In this document: positions 1-13,524 of the stretch, piece after piece
How the letters are laid out: each line of letters starts with the position of its first letter
How positions within the stretch are numbered: position 1 is the stretch's first letter
Position numbers and translations under genes: made by a program
The notes under the pieces: generated by a model
Databases searched by the model: none
Told to the model about the DNA's origin: nothing
What the model saw: only the letters and a program-made list of their open reading frames with translations
Assembly: GCA_043228905.1 (NCBI GenBank)
Contig: JBHGNT010000008.1
Location: forward strand, 12,896,001-12,960,000
Length of the DNA stretch: 64,000 nt
Direction: 5' to 3'
Source of the DNA: Azolla caroliniana
Lineage: Eukaryota; Plantae; Polypodiophyta

Positions 1-696
1 GTGCCGTATGCCTCTGCGGTTGGTAGCCTTATGTATGCTATGGTTTGCACAAGGCCGGACATTGCATTTGCTGTCGGGACAGTTAGTCGATACATGGGAA
101 ATCCTGGAAGGGAGCATTGGGAAGCTGTGAAAGGGATTCTTAGATACCTCAAAGGAACTTCGAATGTATGTCTTAGATATGGCTCCGGGAAACCTGTGCT
201 AGAAGGTTTTATAGATTCTGACATGTCGGGTGATGTAGATTCTAGCCGATCCACATCAGGGTATGTGATGACGTATTCAGGGGGAGCTGTGTCATGGCAA
301 TCAAGATTGCAAAAGGTTGTGGCTTTGTCTACCACCGAGGCTGAGTATATGGCTGCAGTGGAAGCCGGAAAAGAACTGATTTGGATGAGAGAGTTCTTGA
401 ATGAACTAGGATTGAAGCAAGACAAGTACTTACTTCATTGTGACAATCAAAGTGCTATCCATCTGGCTAAAAATGCCACCTACCACTCTCGTACAAAGCA
501 CATTCAAAGAGGGTACCATTGGTTAAGAGAAAGAGTGGAAGAAAATGAGTTTGTTCTATCTAAGATCCCCACTGAAGAAAATGGCTCAGACATGCTCACA
601 AAAATTTTGCCTATGGAAAAACTTGTTGCATGCCGGAATAAGATTGGCTTGGTTGGTTCTCCCCCTACAGGAGTGAAGGGGGAGTTTGTTGTGTAA
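1..696 (+). CDS. pol: Ty1/Copia (Tnt1/Tork-like) Pol C-terminus: end of RT plus RNase H, truncated by the window edge
   Basis: PYASAVGSLMYAMVCTRPDI, SRSTSGY, ALSTTEAEY, CDNQSAIHLAKN, RTKHI and DMLTK motifs; ends over the PPT GAGTGAAGGGGGAG (671-684). Confidence 0.95.
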   Translation: MPYASAVGSLMYAMVCTRPDIAFAVGTVSRYMGNPGREHWEAVKGILRYLKGTSNVCLRYGSGKPVLEGFIDSDMSGDVDSSRSTSGYVMTYSGGAVSWQSRLQKVVALSTTEAEYMAAVEAGKELIWMREFLNELGLKQDKYLLHCDNQSAIHLAKNATYHSRTKHIQRGYHWLRERVEENEFVLSKIPTEENGSDMLTKILPMEKLVACRNKIGLVGSPPTGVKGEFVV

Positions 697-1550
697 AGGC
701 GTCCCTCCTTGCGGGGGAGTCGGCCGAAAAGTCGACTGGTCGAAATCAGCCGAAAAGCCGAAAGGAGTTGAATTACCGAAATCGGCCGAAAAACCGAATT
801 TGGTCGAAATTCGGAAAGTAAAAGAATAGTCGGTTGCGAAGAACCGAATCGGGGGTTAGCTGATCGAATTCGGTGAGAGAGTCAAATTTGTATTCAGTCA
901 AATAGACACACATATACATATACATATGTCTTCTACATTCAAAGAAGAAAATGACTTAGTATATATATGCTAACAGGCCTGGTAGTGCGTATGTATGCGG
1001 GATAACTCACTAAGAGTGAAATAGTGAGAAAAGGGGAAAACCTACATAGCGTATGTGAGGGTGTGAGATATATATATATATATATCTGAGAGAAAAACGA
1101 GTTGTGTGTGGTAAATCTGAGAACGACTGGTTTTCTGCACAGTAGTGGCTGTGTAAGAGTATACGTACTCAGAAGCTAAGTAAGAAGAAAAGAAGTGTGA
1201 AGCAAAAGAGAAAAAGACAGAGAAGCTTCGGAAGCTTCGGAAGGAATAGTCACCTGCGTGCTAGAGTTTGAAGAGCTTGACTGAAATCGTGGTTTCAGTA
1301 CATGCTCATACCAAATCAGGTTTCATTGTTCTGTGATTGTATTCTATCATTTCTCATAGTGAAATTTCTGTTCCGTGGTTTTTACCTAAATGAGGGTTTT
1401 CCACGTAAATTGTGTGTTCTTTCTTATTTCCTGTTTGCGTCTAAGTTCAATTTCTGATTTCGAATCGGAGTGAAACTCTTTCACCGCAGACCTTCGGTTT
1501 GGAGTTCGATGGCCGCATGTAATTTTGCTCCGGAGATCCCATCCACATCA
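687..1550 (+). repeat. 3' LTR of Tork-like Copia
   Basis: Starts TGTTGTG right after the PPT and ends CACATCA (6/7 terminal inverted repeat); contains the Tnt1-type GGGTTTTCCACGTAAA motif near 1393. Confidence 0.85.
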
Positions 1551-2254
1551 ATTTTCTTCGCTATTTCTTCCGGTTCTGGGTGTGGTGGAGCTTCTGCTAC
1601 CTGAATAAACCCTTCCAGGCCATTCATCTACAACCACTCTCTCAATTCTACTGATAGCTCCATTGGTCCCGTGTCTGTGAATTTTCTGTCTCTTAATGAG
1701 ACTCCCTCGTTGATTCTGGGACTTTCTATTTCCATCTTTCTGTCTCTTCTTGTCCACGAGTCACTGCTTCTTTTTCGATTGGCAGGCTCCTTGCCATCCT
1801 TGTACGTCATGGCTATGTATGAAGTTTTGTGGCTAATTATGGGACCATCATGACATTTTTTGTTTTCAATTATTATTTACATATTTACATTCGTGTCCTT
1901 GTGACAAATTTCGGTCGCTTTCCGATCCGATTTGTTTTCCAATGGCTGCCATATTTTGGTTCTTTTCCTCATTAGTCTCCTTGCTATTTTCTACTTCTTT
2001 TCGGTTGTTCTGCTCACGTTCGTTAAGAAGATTGACCGGCATTGACCCCACATACGGTTTCAACTGGAAACCGTTTACCCATTTCTCCAACACGTCTCTA
2101 GACAATGTCCCTAGTTAAAAGGTTCCATTGAACTCGTCTATAATCCAATAGGGTCTGGTCCACCAAAACCTTAATTTTCCTGGCATTGGCCCATCTTAAT
2201 CTAGAATACCAAAACAACTTTGCCTATTCCGAATTGTTTTTCATTCCCCTTCAT
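1551..2254 (-). mobile_element. Ty3/Gypsy non-chromovirus remnant: integrase C-terminus plus downstream region
   Basis: Minus strand reads PGKLRFWWTRPY...GTF...LEKWVNGFQLKPY, the GPY/F and VNGxxLKPY end of Athila/Tat-type integrases. Confidence 0.7.
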
Positions 2255-3673
2255 TACATCAAAGGAGCACAAGAAAACCGACCCGACCCGAAAGACGCCG
2301 ACTACGCAACATGGGAGCAAGTGGCAAGCCGAGTGATGTATTGCTTGGTGACATGTGTTCATGACCATGTGCTCGGCTACATTCGAGAAGCCGAGACACC
2401 AAAGGAGAATCTACGAAAGATTTTCGCTGCCAACACAACCGTGAGAAAGCTTCCACTCCGCCAAGAGTTGAACAACTTCCAACAAAGGGATATGTTGACC
2501 ACGAGCTACACCTTGAAGATCAAGGAGCTTTGCGACTCGCTTGGCTCGATAAGTGTCAATGTGGACGATGATGAGATGGTGCAAATATGTCTCGGCGGCC
2601 TTGCACCACGGTTCGACGCGATGAGGACCGCCGTATTAGTATGGGAGAATCTGCCCTGTTTCCTCAATCTTCAATCCATGGTGTTGGTCGAAAAACACCA
2701 TGTTCAAACAAGGAGCAACACCTCAGAAGGCCACATTCTTTACTCACACTCGGATGGAGGAAGAGGATGCGGCCGTGCAAGAAGAGGCCGATTCGGCCAA
2801 GGATGAGGCGGATGAGGCCAGACTTACAAAAACAACTCACAATTTCGGCATCAAGACGGAAGCCATCGAGGAACATACGGAAGAAGGGGAGCTTCCATTC
2901 CAGTCGGAGCTGACAAAACTCGGTCAAATGTGGATATTGGGGAAAAATCGGTCACCACGAAGAACAACGCCGTAAGAAGATGCACGAGCTGAAAACTCAC
3001 CAATTACGCCACCAACTCCGACTATGACGATCGTGGCGGAATGTTCGTGATGAGACATGGAGCAAATTCTATGTCGGTTTCTACTTCAAGTAGTGCCTTC
3101 GGTCCGGAAGATGTATGGTTCGTTGACTCTAGTGCCTCGAACCATATGATGTCTTATCAAGAATGGTTCTGAGATTGTCCACACCGGATACTAGCCGAAG
3201 CGGACATCAGCCAAAAGGATCCGACCCGAGTTGAGCTTGAGGGGACGTGTTGAGAATCAAGCTCAACATAGTGCAACGTGTGAACACACCTTTTGAGAAT
3301 CTATGATTACTCAAAGGTCAAGAGTCACACCACTACTCTCTACACATTAACTATGTGTCATAGAATATGATTCTATGACACATAACTAATGAGTTACATA
3401 TTCCCCATGACTATGAGTCTTTACATTCCCCAAGAGAGAGTGGTTGTTGTAGTTAGTTAATGAAGAGAGAGGGCACGACTATATATAAAGCACCCTCATA
3501 CCTCATATTAAGTTGGTTGTGACTCCTTGTAATGCTACATTTTGTATTTGCTATTGTACTTGTGAATATACACCTTCTTCTTGAGTATTCCTTTTTCTAT
3601 CTATCTTGTGTTCTCTCCTCTCTCCTCTAATTCCTCTCACACATACACATAACACACATCTCTTCCGCTACAC
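2255..3673 (+). mobile_element. gag: Internally deleted Copia family B remnant (partial gag, protease start, PPT, 3' LTR)
   Basis: ORF 2186-2806 is homologous to the gag of element D (WEQxASRVMYC, DEMVQICLGGL); WFVDSSASNHM near 3116; then a jump to the PPT at 3236-3247. Confidence 0.85.
3248..3673 (+). repeat. 3' LTR of the family B remnant
   Basis: TGTTGAG start after the PPT, TATATAAA near 3482, ends near CTACACA; right boundary approximate. Confidence 0.7.
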
Positions 3674-4292
3674 AAGAATCATACCCGATTCTTTACAAAA
3701 TCTGACAACTTGCTAGTGCCAACCAAGCCGGATCCTCCGTCAACGGTTCTTCCTCTATTGCCGGTTTCCCTTCCGATGCCAGCTTGTTTAATTCCTGAAG
3801 TAGTTTTTATGCATTTTGTTGATTTGCTTTCTCCACCCATTGTTGTGTTGTCTTTCTTACAACTTCCTGGGCCTCCCATTCTACGGTTTTCCCTTTTGAT
3901 CGAGTGGTGACTTATTTCAGTTGCTACTGATTCGACTGCTGATGCTGTTGTTGCTGATCAGGTCCGGCGCCTTCTACTTGCACCGTTCTAGCTCCTTCCG
4001 TATGCTGTGTTCTGGCTCCTTCCGTTTGTTGTGTTCCCGACTCCTTCTGTCTGCTAATCCGGCTGTGACTCTGGTTGCTGGGGTCTTGCCTCCGTTGGCT
4101 GCACCTCATCACTGATGTTAATTTTCTCCGTCCGTTGTGCAACTTCCTTCCTCTGTCTCGCTCGCTCATAGCTCTCCAACTATAGTTGCCTGTCGAGTTG
4201 ATCATCTTCAAGCTTGTCGATGAGCTTCCAGACAGCTTCTATTTGAGTTTCGGCCAGGGCAAAAAAATCGTCTGTCAATTCCTCTTGGATAG

Positions 4293-4739
4293 TGTAAAGA
4301 TTAATGTGTGGTAGCTTAGATAAACCGGCTCAGCCGGATAACAACAATAAAATAGAAATGAAGGTTTAATGGAAGCTTAAGAATACATAGTACACGGGAG
4401 AGACAGAGAGAGCAAAATAGCATAAAATCTATTCAAAATAATAACACTCTGTGTACATACAATGTGCTCTGAGAGCACTTTTATACAAGTCCTTAAAAGG
4501 ACTGACAGAAGTACTAACAAGTACTGCAATGCTCATACGAGCGATTAACACTGACTTCTAAAAATATCCTTACATTCTAGGCTAGATTCGTAGGCCTCTA
4601 ACGGCCTACTGGTTACAATCCGATCCGGCTCTTGGTTCTGGATACCATCCGGACCCCGATCCGGTTCTTCATTCCAGACTCTGATCTGGCTCTGGCTTGT
4701 TCAACCAATCTGAATCGGGTTGAGCTTGTCCGCTTAACA
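4293..4739 (-). repeat. 3' LTR of element C
   Basis: TGTAAAG...TTAACA; direct repeat of 16859-17306. Confidence 0.92.
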
Positions 4740-7700
4740 CCCCCCCTCAAGCTCAACTTAAGGTTGGATCGTAGTGTCAGTGTTTGTGTCTTCCGTTCCT
4801 TTCCTCGGGCTCCACTTGGCGTCCTCCCGCTTGGTTCGCGCTCCTTGACCTTCTCGGTCGGCTTGTCTGCTCCTTCGGCCCTTATTAGTTTCCTTGCTGT
4901 CACAGTGCTGGCACCCCTCGACCCGTTGGCTCCTCTGTCTCGGCGTCAGAGTCGGTTGCCTTTTTGTCCACTTGGCCCATCGTAGATTTGGCTCCTCTGA
5001 GTCGAACATTTCGATTGAATCGGGTACACCTCATTCCTTTCTACTCTCGACCGAATCAGTTGTCTCCAATTCGTCTTTGATTCCTAGACCTTTCATGACA
5101 TCGGCCCACATCCGTGTCTCGGTCTTTCCGGCTTTGCCTCCCCCATTTTTGGTTGGCTCCGGCTTGGGCTTTCCGTTCCGGTGCCTCCCCCTTTGTCCAG
5201 TCTTAGTTTCTTCAAATCGGAATCTGTATCCGGCTTCTCGGTTCGGCCGTCTCTGTCATTCCTCTCATTTCTCCCCCTCAAGCTCGGCATATCGAGGTAT
5301 TGCAGACCGAGTGCACCGGAGAATTGCCTCAACTTGTGTAAGCCAAGGGGTTTGGTGAAGATATCGACAACATGCCAATCAGTCGGAACATGAAGTAGCT
5401 CCACTTCACTAGAGAGAACTCGCTCACGGACAAAATGATAGTGCACCTCGATGTGTTTTGTACGAGCATGAAAGACAGGGTTCTTAGCCAACTGGATGTT
5501 GTTGAGGTTGTCGCAATAGAGCCTCGTCGGATCAGACACCTCCACTCATAGATCCTCCAGGAGCCTCTTGATCCATATGGCTTCACATGTCACGAAAGAC
5601 GCTCCTTGGTATTCGGCCTTAGTGCTCGACAGTGCTACTGTCAGTTTCTTCTTACAGTTCTAGGCAACTGCGACGCTTCCAAATGAAAATGCGTATCTGG
5701 ATGTAGACCGACAGTTGCCAACATTTCTAGTCCAATCACCATTTCTGTAGCCGACATGCTGTCTGGCTACACCGGCCTAATACAACAACCCCATGTGCTT
5801 AGTGCCGCTAACATACTTGAGTATTCGATGCACGCACTGAAGGTGCTCCACAATCGGATGCGCCATGAATTGACTGATCAATCTGACCGGGTAGCTGAGG
5901 TCCGACCTAGTGATGGTCAAATATATAAGGCTTCCGACTATCTGTCAGAACCTTTTCGGGTCACATGCCGTTTCGGAGTCGAGGCGAAGCTTCACATTCC
6001 AGTCCAGAGGAGTCGAGATAGATTTGCATTCCGTCATACCAAACTTGAAGAGCATACTCAACATATAATGTTGATGGCATATCAGTATGCCTTCGGGGTT
6101 ATGGACCACTTCGATCCCGAGGAAGTAATGAAGGTCGCCGAGATCCGTCATTTCGAATGATGCTACGAGCTAGGATTTTACGCGACCGATTTCGGTCAGA
6201 TAAGCACCGGCAATGACAAGATCATCCACATAGAGCAATATGCTCACTGACCCATCCTGACCTCACCGGATGAAAACTGAAGAGTCTGATTTCGACGGAG
6301 CAAACCCCATCCGATGCAGTTTCTATGTGATCTTCACATTCCAAGGGCGCAGGGCTTGCTTGAGTCCATAGAGGGACTTCTACATTTGGCACACAACTGA
6401 TGTGTTCACTTCGGACTGAAATCCAGAGGGCACAACCGTAAGCACATGTTCCCTCAAGATCACCTTGCAGGAACATGTTTTGCACATTCATCTGATGTAG
6501 ATGCCATCCCTTCGCCACTGCCACCGTAAGGACACGAACGATCGTCATCTTCGCAACAGTGGGAACGTCTCATCATAATCGATGCTATGTTGCTGCGCGT
6601 AGCCCTTGGCCACTAACTGGGCCTTGCACTTGTTGACCGAGTCATCAACGTTGTATTTCACTTTGTATACCCATCAGCATCCGACCGGCTTCACCCCTTA
6701 CGGTACATCAACTAAATCCCACGTCTCATTTTTCGTGAGTGAGTGAATCTCTTCCTCCATGGCCTTCTGCCAATTCGAGTCCTTAGCCACTTTGGTGTAG
6801 CTCTCTGGCTCATGCACGATTGCCACCTTTGCCATGTACGCATAATGATGTGCCCATTGTACCCATACCTCTTCACTAGGTTTTTCTAGCGGGTGGATCA
6901 GCGTAAATCCTGATTCACCGATTTCGTGGCCTTCGAGGTCGATTTCGACCTCTTCCTCGGAAGTTTCTTTTCAGTTCTGTCGGAGTTGAATTCATTCGGA
7001 TCCGACTCGGGTCAGTTGGTGTCATACTCCGGCATCTTCTTCTTCCCCTTTTCTTTGCGCATGAACCATCTCCTCGGTTCCTTGAGCGGGGAGAGCACGA
7101 CCAAGTCTTCATTACTCGCTGGCTCGTCATTCGGTTGACCACTCCGGGTCAACCAATTCGGATTTGGTCCACTCATCCAGAGAGAAGTCAGACTATTCGG
7201 TTGTTCGGATTCTGCAAAGCTTCTCTCTGTTCCGGATTCCACCAAATCATCTACAAAAATCGGGTGGAGATAAGTACCAAGATGCCGATTCATCAAAAAC
7301 GACATATCGGCTGACTCGAACTGCTTTCGATCGGGGGTTATAACACTTATAACCTTTCTGTTCATCGGAGTGGCCGACGAGAATGCATGTTTTGGCTTTT
7401 GCATCGAACTTCCTTCGTTTTTCCTTCGGTACATGCACATATGCAATGCTATAGAAAACCTGAAGGTGTGCCAAATTTGGCTTCCTCTCGAAATACAGTT
7501 TGTGCGGCGACATCTTGGTCCCTGAGGCAAATATCCAATTTTGGTTGTAGATGGTTGTCCTAATTGCTTCGGCCCAATAGAACTTGGGCATGCTTTTCTC
7601 TTGAACCAACACCCTTGCCGCTTCTACCAACGTCCTATTCCGACGCTTGGCCACACCGTTCAGCTCTGTCGTGTATATGTGGGAGAACTCCCGTGTTATT

Positions 7701-8487
7701 CCCTTTGTTTGCAGATAACTTGTGAATTGGCCGGAAAAGTATTCTTTTCCCCCATCCGATCTCAGACACTTGATCTTTCTTCCGGTCACGCATTTGATAA
7801 GGTTCTTCAAATCCCGAAAGCACGAGAAGACTTCACTTTTCTTCTAAATTAGATAGATCCAAGTGTGCATGGTGAAATCGTAGATGAAGGAGACGAAATA
7901 CCGACTCCCACTGATGCCCACGTTTTGTGCCGGTTCCCACACATCCGAATGGATGAGATCAAGATGATTCCGACTCTGATTCTTCTCATTGGGGAATGGA
8001 AGTTGTTGAGCGGCAAGCTCAACCGGAGCCGGATCGGCTGAATAAGCCTGAGCCGGTAAGCGAGAGGAATCGGTATGCCGGTGAGCAACCGAGCCGGTAA
8101 GCAGTAAGGACCGGTGAGCTGGGGAGCCGGTATGCCGGATCCAATCCGTAACTGGTAGCCTAGTATAGGTTAAACTAATAGGTAGTTATAGTCTTGTAGT
8201 TAGTGTCAGATGCTCGTGTGAGCATTGAAGTACACCGTACTTCTAACAGTCCCGTGTGGACTTGTATAAATAGCGCTGATGATCGCGTTGTAGATATAGA
8301 GCACAAAGTATTCATATAATTTTTGAAAATAGTGTGTGTGTGTGTGTGTCTCTCTCTCTCTCTCTGTACTGTTCTTTCTAACCTGTTAGGGTTTCCTTCA
8401 CAAACATAGATTGATTGCAGCAGAGGTTCTCAACCCATGCGCTCTGATACCATGTTAAAGATTGCTTGCGGAAGTGTTAGAAAGAAC

Positions 8488-8524
<37 letters not shown>

Positions 8525-8546
8525 GAAAACAGACACAAAAGGAGAA

Positions 8547-11500
8547 ATGGACAGAGGTATGCCTACGTCGCTCTCGGTGGAGAAGCTCAACAGAATACAA
8601 GATGCACCAGTACCTGCTTGGGCATGGCTACTGGAGTTATGTCGATGGAGTGAACGACTTAGCACCGGAGATGACACACAAGGACTTACTAGTGTGGGAA
8701 CAAGCGGCAAGCAGGGTGATGTACTGCTTCGCGCCCAGTGTCGGTGACCAGCTGCTCAGCCATATCCGTGACGCCAAGACACCGAAGGATGCTTGGGGAA
8801 ACTTGAAAAAGGTTTTCGCCGCAAGCACCACTGCCTGGAAGCTGCAACTCAGAGAGGAGTTGAGCAATGTTCGACAGAAGAACATGTCGGTGGCAGATTA
8901 CACAGCCCGGATCAAAGGGATCTGTGACTCGCTTGCCTCTATTAACGTCACCGTAGAGGAAGACGAGATGGTGCAGGTCTGTCTTGGAGGCCTGGCGTCC
9001 AAGTTCGGAGCTTTCCGGACTGCGATTTGTACAAGGGAGAATACGCCCTCATTTTTCGACTTACAGTCGATGCTCCTTGTAGAGGAGAACCACGCCGGTG
9101 CATCTACCAGTGCATCCCCAGACAACCGGATGCTGTACACGGGAGCGGATCGGTCTCGCGGGCGTGGTGGACGAGGCAGGTCGGCATGCAATGGAGGTGG
9201 CCGGCAAGAGCATGAACGAAGGCACAATGAGCATGCCGACAATAGTTCCGGGACTTCCACAAGTAGAGGGAGTCAAGGTGGTGCCGGAGGCCGGCAAGAC
9301 AAATCCGCCACGGAATGCTGGTACTGTGGCAAAAAGGGCCACAGGGAAAGCGAGTGTTGGAGAAAGCGTGCCGATTCGGACAAATCCGGATCCGGCAAGA
9401 CCGGTAAGGAAGGACAGCAAAGCTTGCACGCAAACGGATCGGGAGGATCCAAGAATGGTAAGGGGCCAGCCTTGGTGATGAAGCACAAGGCAAACTCAAT
9501 GAAGAAGACCACTTCCAAATCAGAGGAAGTGTGGTACGTTGACTCCGATGCATCAAACCACATGATGAGCCATGAGGAGTGGTTCTCCTTTTTGGAGAAG
9601 CCGGATCAACTGGGAGTTGTCGAAACCGGAGACGACACTCCCCACCCGATCGTGCACGTCGGAGAAGTCCCTTTGAGCCATGTCGGACAGAGGGGGAAGC
9701 TGATGAATGTATTACATGTTCCGACGATCACGAAGAACCTGGTGTCGGTCGGACAGATCGTCGACCAGGGGATGCAGGTGCGGTTTACGCACCTCGGGTG
9801 CTTCATTGAGGATGAGGGCGAAGTTATTGCGCAAGGGCGCAGAGATGGGAGGATGTTTATCCTCAACACCAATGACGTCGGCACCGCACTGTTCGCCAAA
9901 GGACAGAAGGTCGAGTCGGATATCGACTTGTGGCACAAGCGGATCGGCCATGTCAACTACTGGAGGCTTCAAGACCTGCAAACAGAACAAGTCGTTTTTG
10001 GTTTGCGGAAGTTTAGCGGCCGGAGAGCCCAGATTTATGAAGCCAGCCAACTCGGGAAGCAACACCGGCTTCCATTCCCCATCGAAAGAAATTGAAGCCG
10101 TAACAAGCTCGATCTTATCCATTCGGATATGTGGGGACCTGCACAAAATGTTAGCATTGGCAGGAGTCAATATTTTGTCTCCTTCATCGACGACTACACG
10201 CGGCATACGTGGATCTACCTCATTGAGCGGAAGAGCGAAGTCTTCGAGTGTTTCCGGAGCCTCCAGAAGATGGTGGAACGGGAATCGGAGAGGAAGATCA
10301 AATGCCTACGGTTGGATGGCGGAAAAGAGTACTTTTTCGGCCAATTCAACAACTATCTGCAACAAAAAGGAATTCGGCAAGAATTCAGTTACAGATACAC
10401 ACCGCAACAGAACGGTGTGGCCGAAAGGACGAATCGGTCGCTGATTGACGCGGCTAGGGCAATTCTGGAGGAAAAGAGCATGCCCAAGTTCTACTGGGCG
10501 GAGGCGGTCCAAATGGCTGTTTACATCCAGAACCGGATCGGGGACAAGGTGTCAGCTCACGAGCTGTATTTCGGGCGAAAGCCGAATTTGAGACACCTTC
10601 GGATATTCGGCAGCATAGCCTATGTACATGTGCCGGATGAGAAGCAGAGAAAGATGGATGCAAAATCGGAAAAATGCATCCTAGTCGGCTATGCTCAAGA
10701 GCAAAAGGGGTATAAGTGTTATAACCCCCAGACGAAGCAGGTTCGAGTAAGCCAAGATGTCGAGTTTGATGAATCGGCATCGTGGTATTCTTTACCAACT
10801 CCGACTTCCGATCCCGACCCGACGTTGGAGGATGGGGCTAGTGAGCCCGAACCGGCCCAGGTAGACAAAGATGAAGTCGGGACTCAAGATGAGAGTCCAG
10901 AATCATTCTGGTTAAGCGGACTGAATGAGAGACTGGATCAGTCCAACTAGTCGGATGATGAGACAGCGAGTAGTGGAGACTTTGTCGTGCTCTCCCCGCG
11001 CAAGGAACCGAGGAGACGGTTCACACGCAAAGAGAAAGGGAAGCAGAAGATGCCGGAATTCAAGACCGGCAGTGATGAGTCGGATCGGTGCGTATCTGAC
11101 TTCGGCAAGGACATAGGCAGATCTTCGGGAATGAAGACCGAACCGGCCAAGAAGGGTCTCATACCGGGAAATGGTGAGCTACGCCGGTCCACCCGCCAGA
11201 AGGATCCTGTTAAACGGTACGGGTATAACGAGTACATGGCGCATCATTATGCGTACATGACCAAGGTCGCGGAAGTGCATGAGCCGGAGAGCTACGCAGA
11301 AGCGGCAAAGGACGCAAATTGGCGTGCCGCTATGGAGGAAGAAATGCGGGCACTGGATGCCAACGGAACTTGGGACCTGGTTGACCCTCCCCGTCACTGT
11401 AAACCGATCGGATGCAAGTGGGTGTACAAGGTAAAGTACAATGCTGACGGTACAGTTAACTGGTACAAGGCCCGGTTAGTGGCGAAGGGATATGCACAGA

Positions 11501-13524
11501 CCCACGGAATCGACTACGACGAAACCTTCGCTCCTGTAGCGAAGATGACGACGGTTCGTGTGGTACTGGCGGTTGCTGCAGCAAGGGGTTGGCATCTTCA
11601 TCAGATGGATGTGAAGAATGCCTTCCTTCAAGGAGATCTTGAAGAAGAAGTCTTTATGACTCAGCCCCCCGGATTTCAGTCGGAGGTGAACAAGTCAGTG
11701 GTATGCTGACTGAGGAAGTCATTGTACGGCTTGAAGCAAGCCCCCCATGCTTGGAATGCTAAGATCACGCACCGGTTGCGAAAGATGGGGTTTGGTGCCT
11801 CTAAGTCGGACTCTTCCCTGTTCATCCGTCAAGGCTCAAATGGTCCGGTATGTATCTTACTCTATGTTGATGATTTAGTCATCACCGGCCCAGGTCTTCC
11901 GGAAATCAACTGTGTCAAGTCCCAGTTGTCGAACACATTCGATATGAAGGACTTGGGGAACCTTCATTATTTTTTGGGGATCGAGGTCATCCGCACCCCC
12001 GATGGCATATTGCTTTCTCAACGCCATTATGTGTTGAATATGCTGTACAAGTTGGGCATGACGGAATGCCGATTTGTCTCCACACCCCTGGACCGGAATC
12101 AGAAGATCCGTCCCAACTCCGGACCAGCCTGCAATGAGAAAAGGTTCCGACAAATAGTCAGAAGCCTGATCTACTTGACCATCACCCGACCCGACATTAG
12201 CTATCCGGTCGGAGTGGTAAGACAATTCATGCAGAAGCCGACCGTGGAGCACCTTCAGTGCGTGCAACGAATACTGAGGTATGTAAGCGGCACTAAGGAC
12301 CGGGGGCTCTTATACCGGCAAGGTATAACTGAAGAGCTTGTCGGCTACACGGATGCCGACTGGGCTGGCGATGCAACGGATCGTCGCTCAACTTCCGGCT
12401 TTATGTTTTCTCTTGGGAGCGCGGCTGTTGCGTGGAGCAGCAAAAAGCAGCCAACAGTGGCTCTATCCAGCACTGAGGCTGAATACCGGGGCGTGACCGT
12501 TGCCACCTACGAAGCCATTTGGCTTCGGCGACTAGTGCAAGACCTGCAGATCGAGGTACCGACCCCGATCCTCATCTACTGCGATTACCTCAGCAGCATG
12601 CAGCTCGCCAAGAACCCTGTGTTCCATGCTCGGACAAAGCACATAGAAATGCATTATCACTTCATGCGTGAGCGGGTCCTGAGCGATGAAGTTGAACTAC
12701 GGTATGTTCACACGGATCGGCAAGTTGCCGACATCTTCACCAGACCCCTTGGGTCGGACAAGTTGCAGCACTTTACCGAAATGCTTGGTGTTTAGCATCT
12801 TGACGTGCCGCACTTGAGGGGGAGACGCAAAGGCAAAAAAACTGTTGAACCCGTAGGTAAGAGAAGAACCGGTAGAGGTGGAGACAAGAAGAAAAATGAA
12901 GCCGAGTCGATGAAGGAAGTCGGCACATCCGAACAGGTAGGAGTGAGCGGCTGTGAACAAAAAGTCTACACTCAGGAAGAGAAGTGCATGCTATGCGGAG
13001 GTCATCACGATCGTAATGGCCATGATGTGGAGTCGAATTAAGAATTCGACTTCGGTGTACCGGCTGAAGAAGCCAAGGGAAGCACAGAGAAGGCCAAGAC
13101 CCGGACGTCGTCCGATGTGGTGAGAGGCCTGAAGCCGAAAATCGAATCGGAGGATACCAATTCAGACAAGAGCTGGAACAAGTCAGAGACAGCCGATTCG
13201 GATCAACAGATGGATCCGGATGAGTCGGATCAACGAGAGGCCAAGGAGACACGGACGCAGCGGAAGTCGATGTCATCGCGGAGGAACCGACGGATCGGCA
13301 AGTGCCAGAGGCATAGCAGCGAAGGAGCTGAGATGGGCCTATTGAGCAGACATACCGAAGGTCGAGGCGTGCAGAACCAAAGGGGTCGTGGCAAACGGGA
13401 CCGGACCGGACAAGGAGCGCGAGCAAGGTGAAGCGACGCCAGGAGAAGTCAGTTCGAAGAACCGGCTGCCACAGAGGTTGACACTACGACCCTACCTCAG
13501 GTTGAGCTTGAGGGGGAGTGTTGA
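8547..13524 (+). pseudogene. gag-pol: gag-pol of element D (gag, CCHC knuckle, protease, integrase, RT, RNase H, C-terminal extension) with a few stops and frameshifts
   Basis: CWYCGKKGHRESEC; WYVDSDASNHM; FIDDYTR, DGGKEY, QQNGVAER; [26 protein letters not shown]. Confidence 0.93.

Noticed and set aside
8437-8546. N-terminus of the 552-aa ORF (MRSDTMLK...ERERER)
   Set aside because: Read-through of the inverted PBS segment and (GA)n; the true gag start is ATG 8547 with an early frameshift
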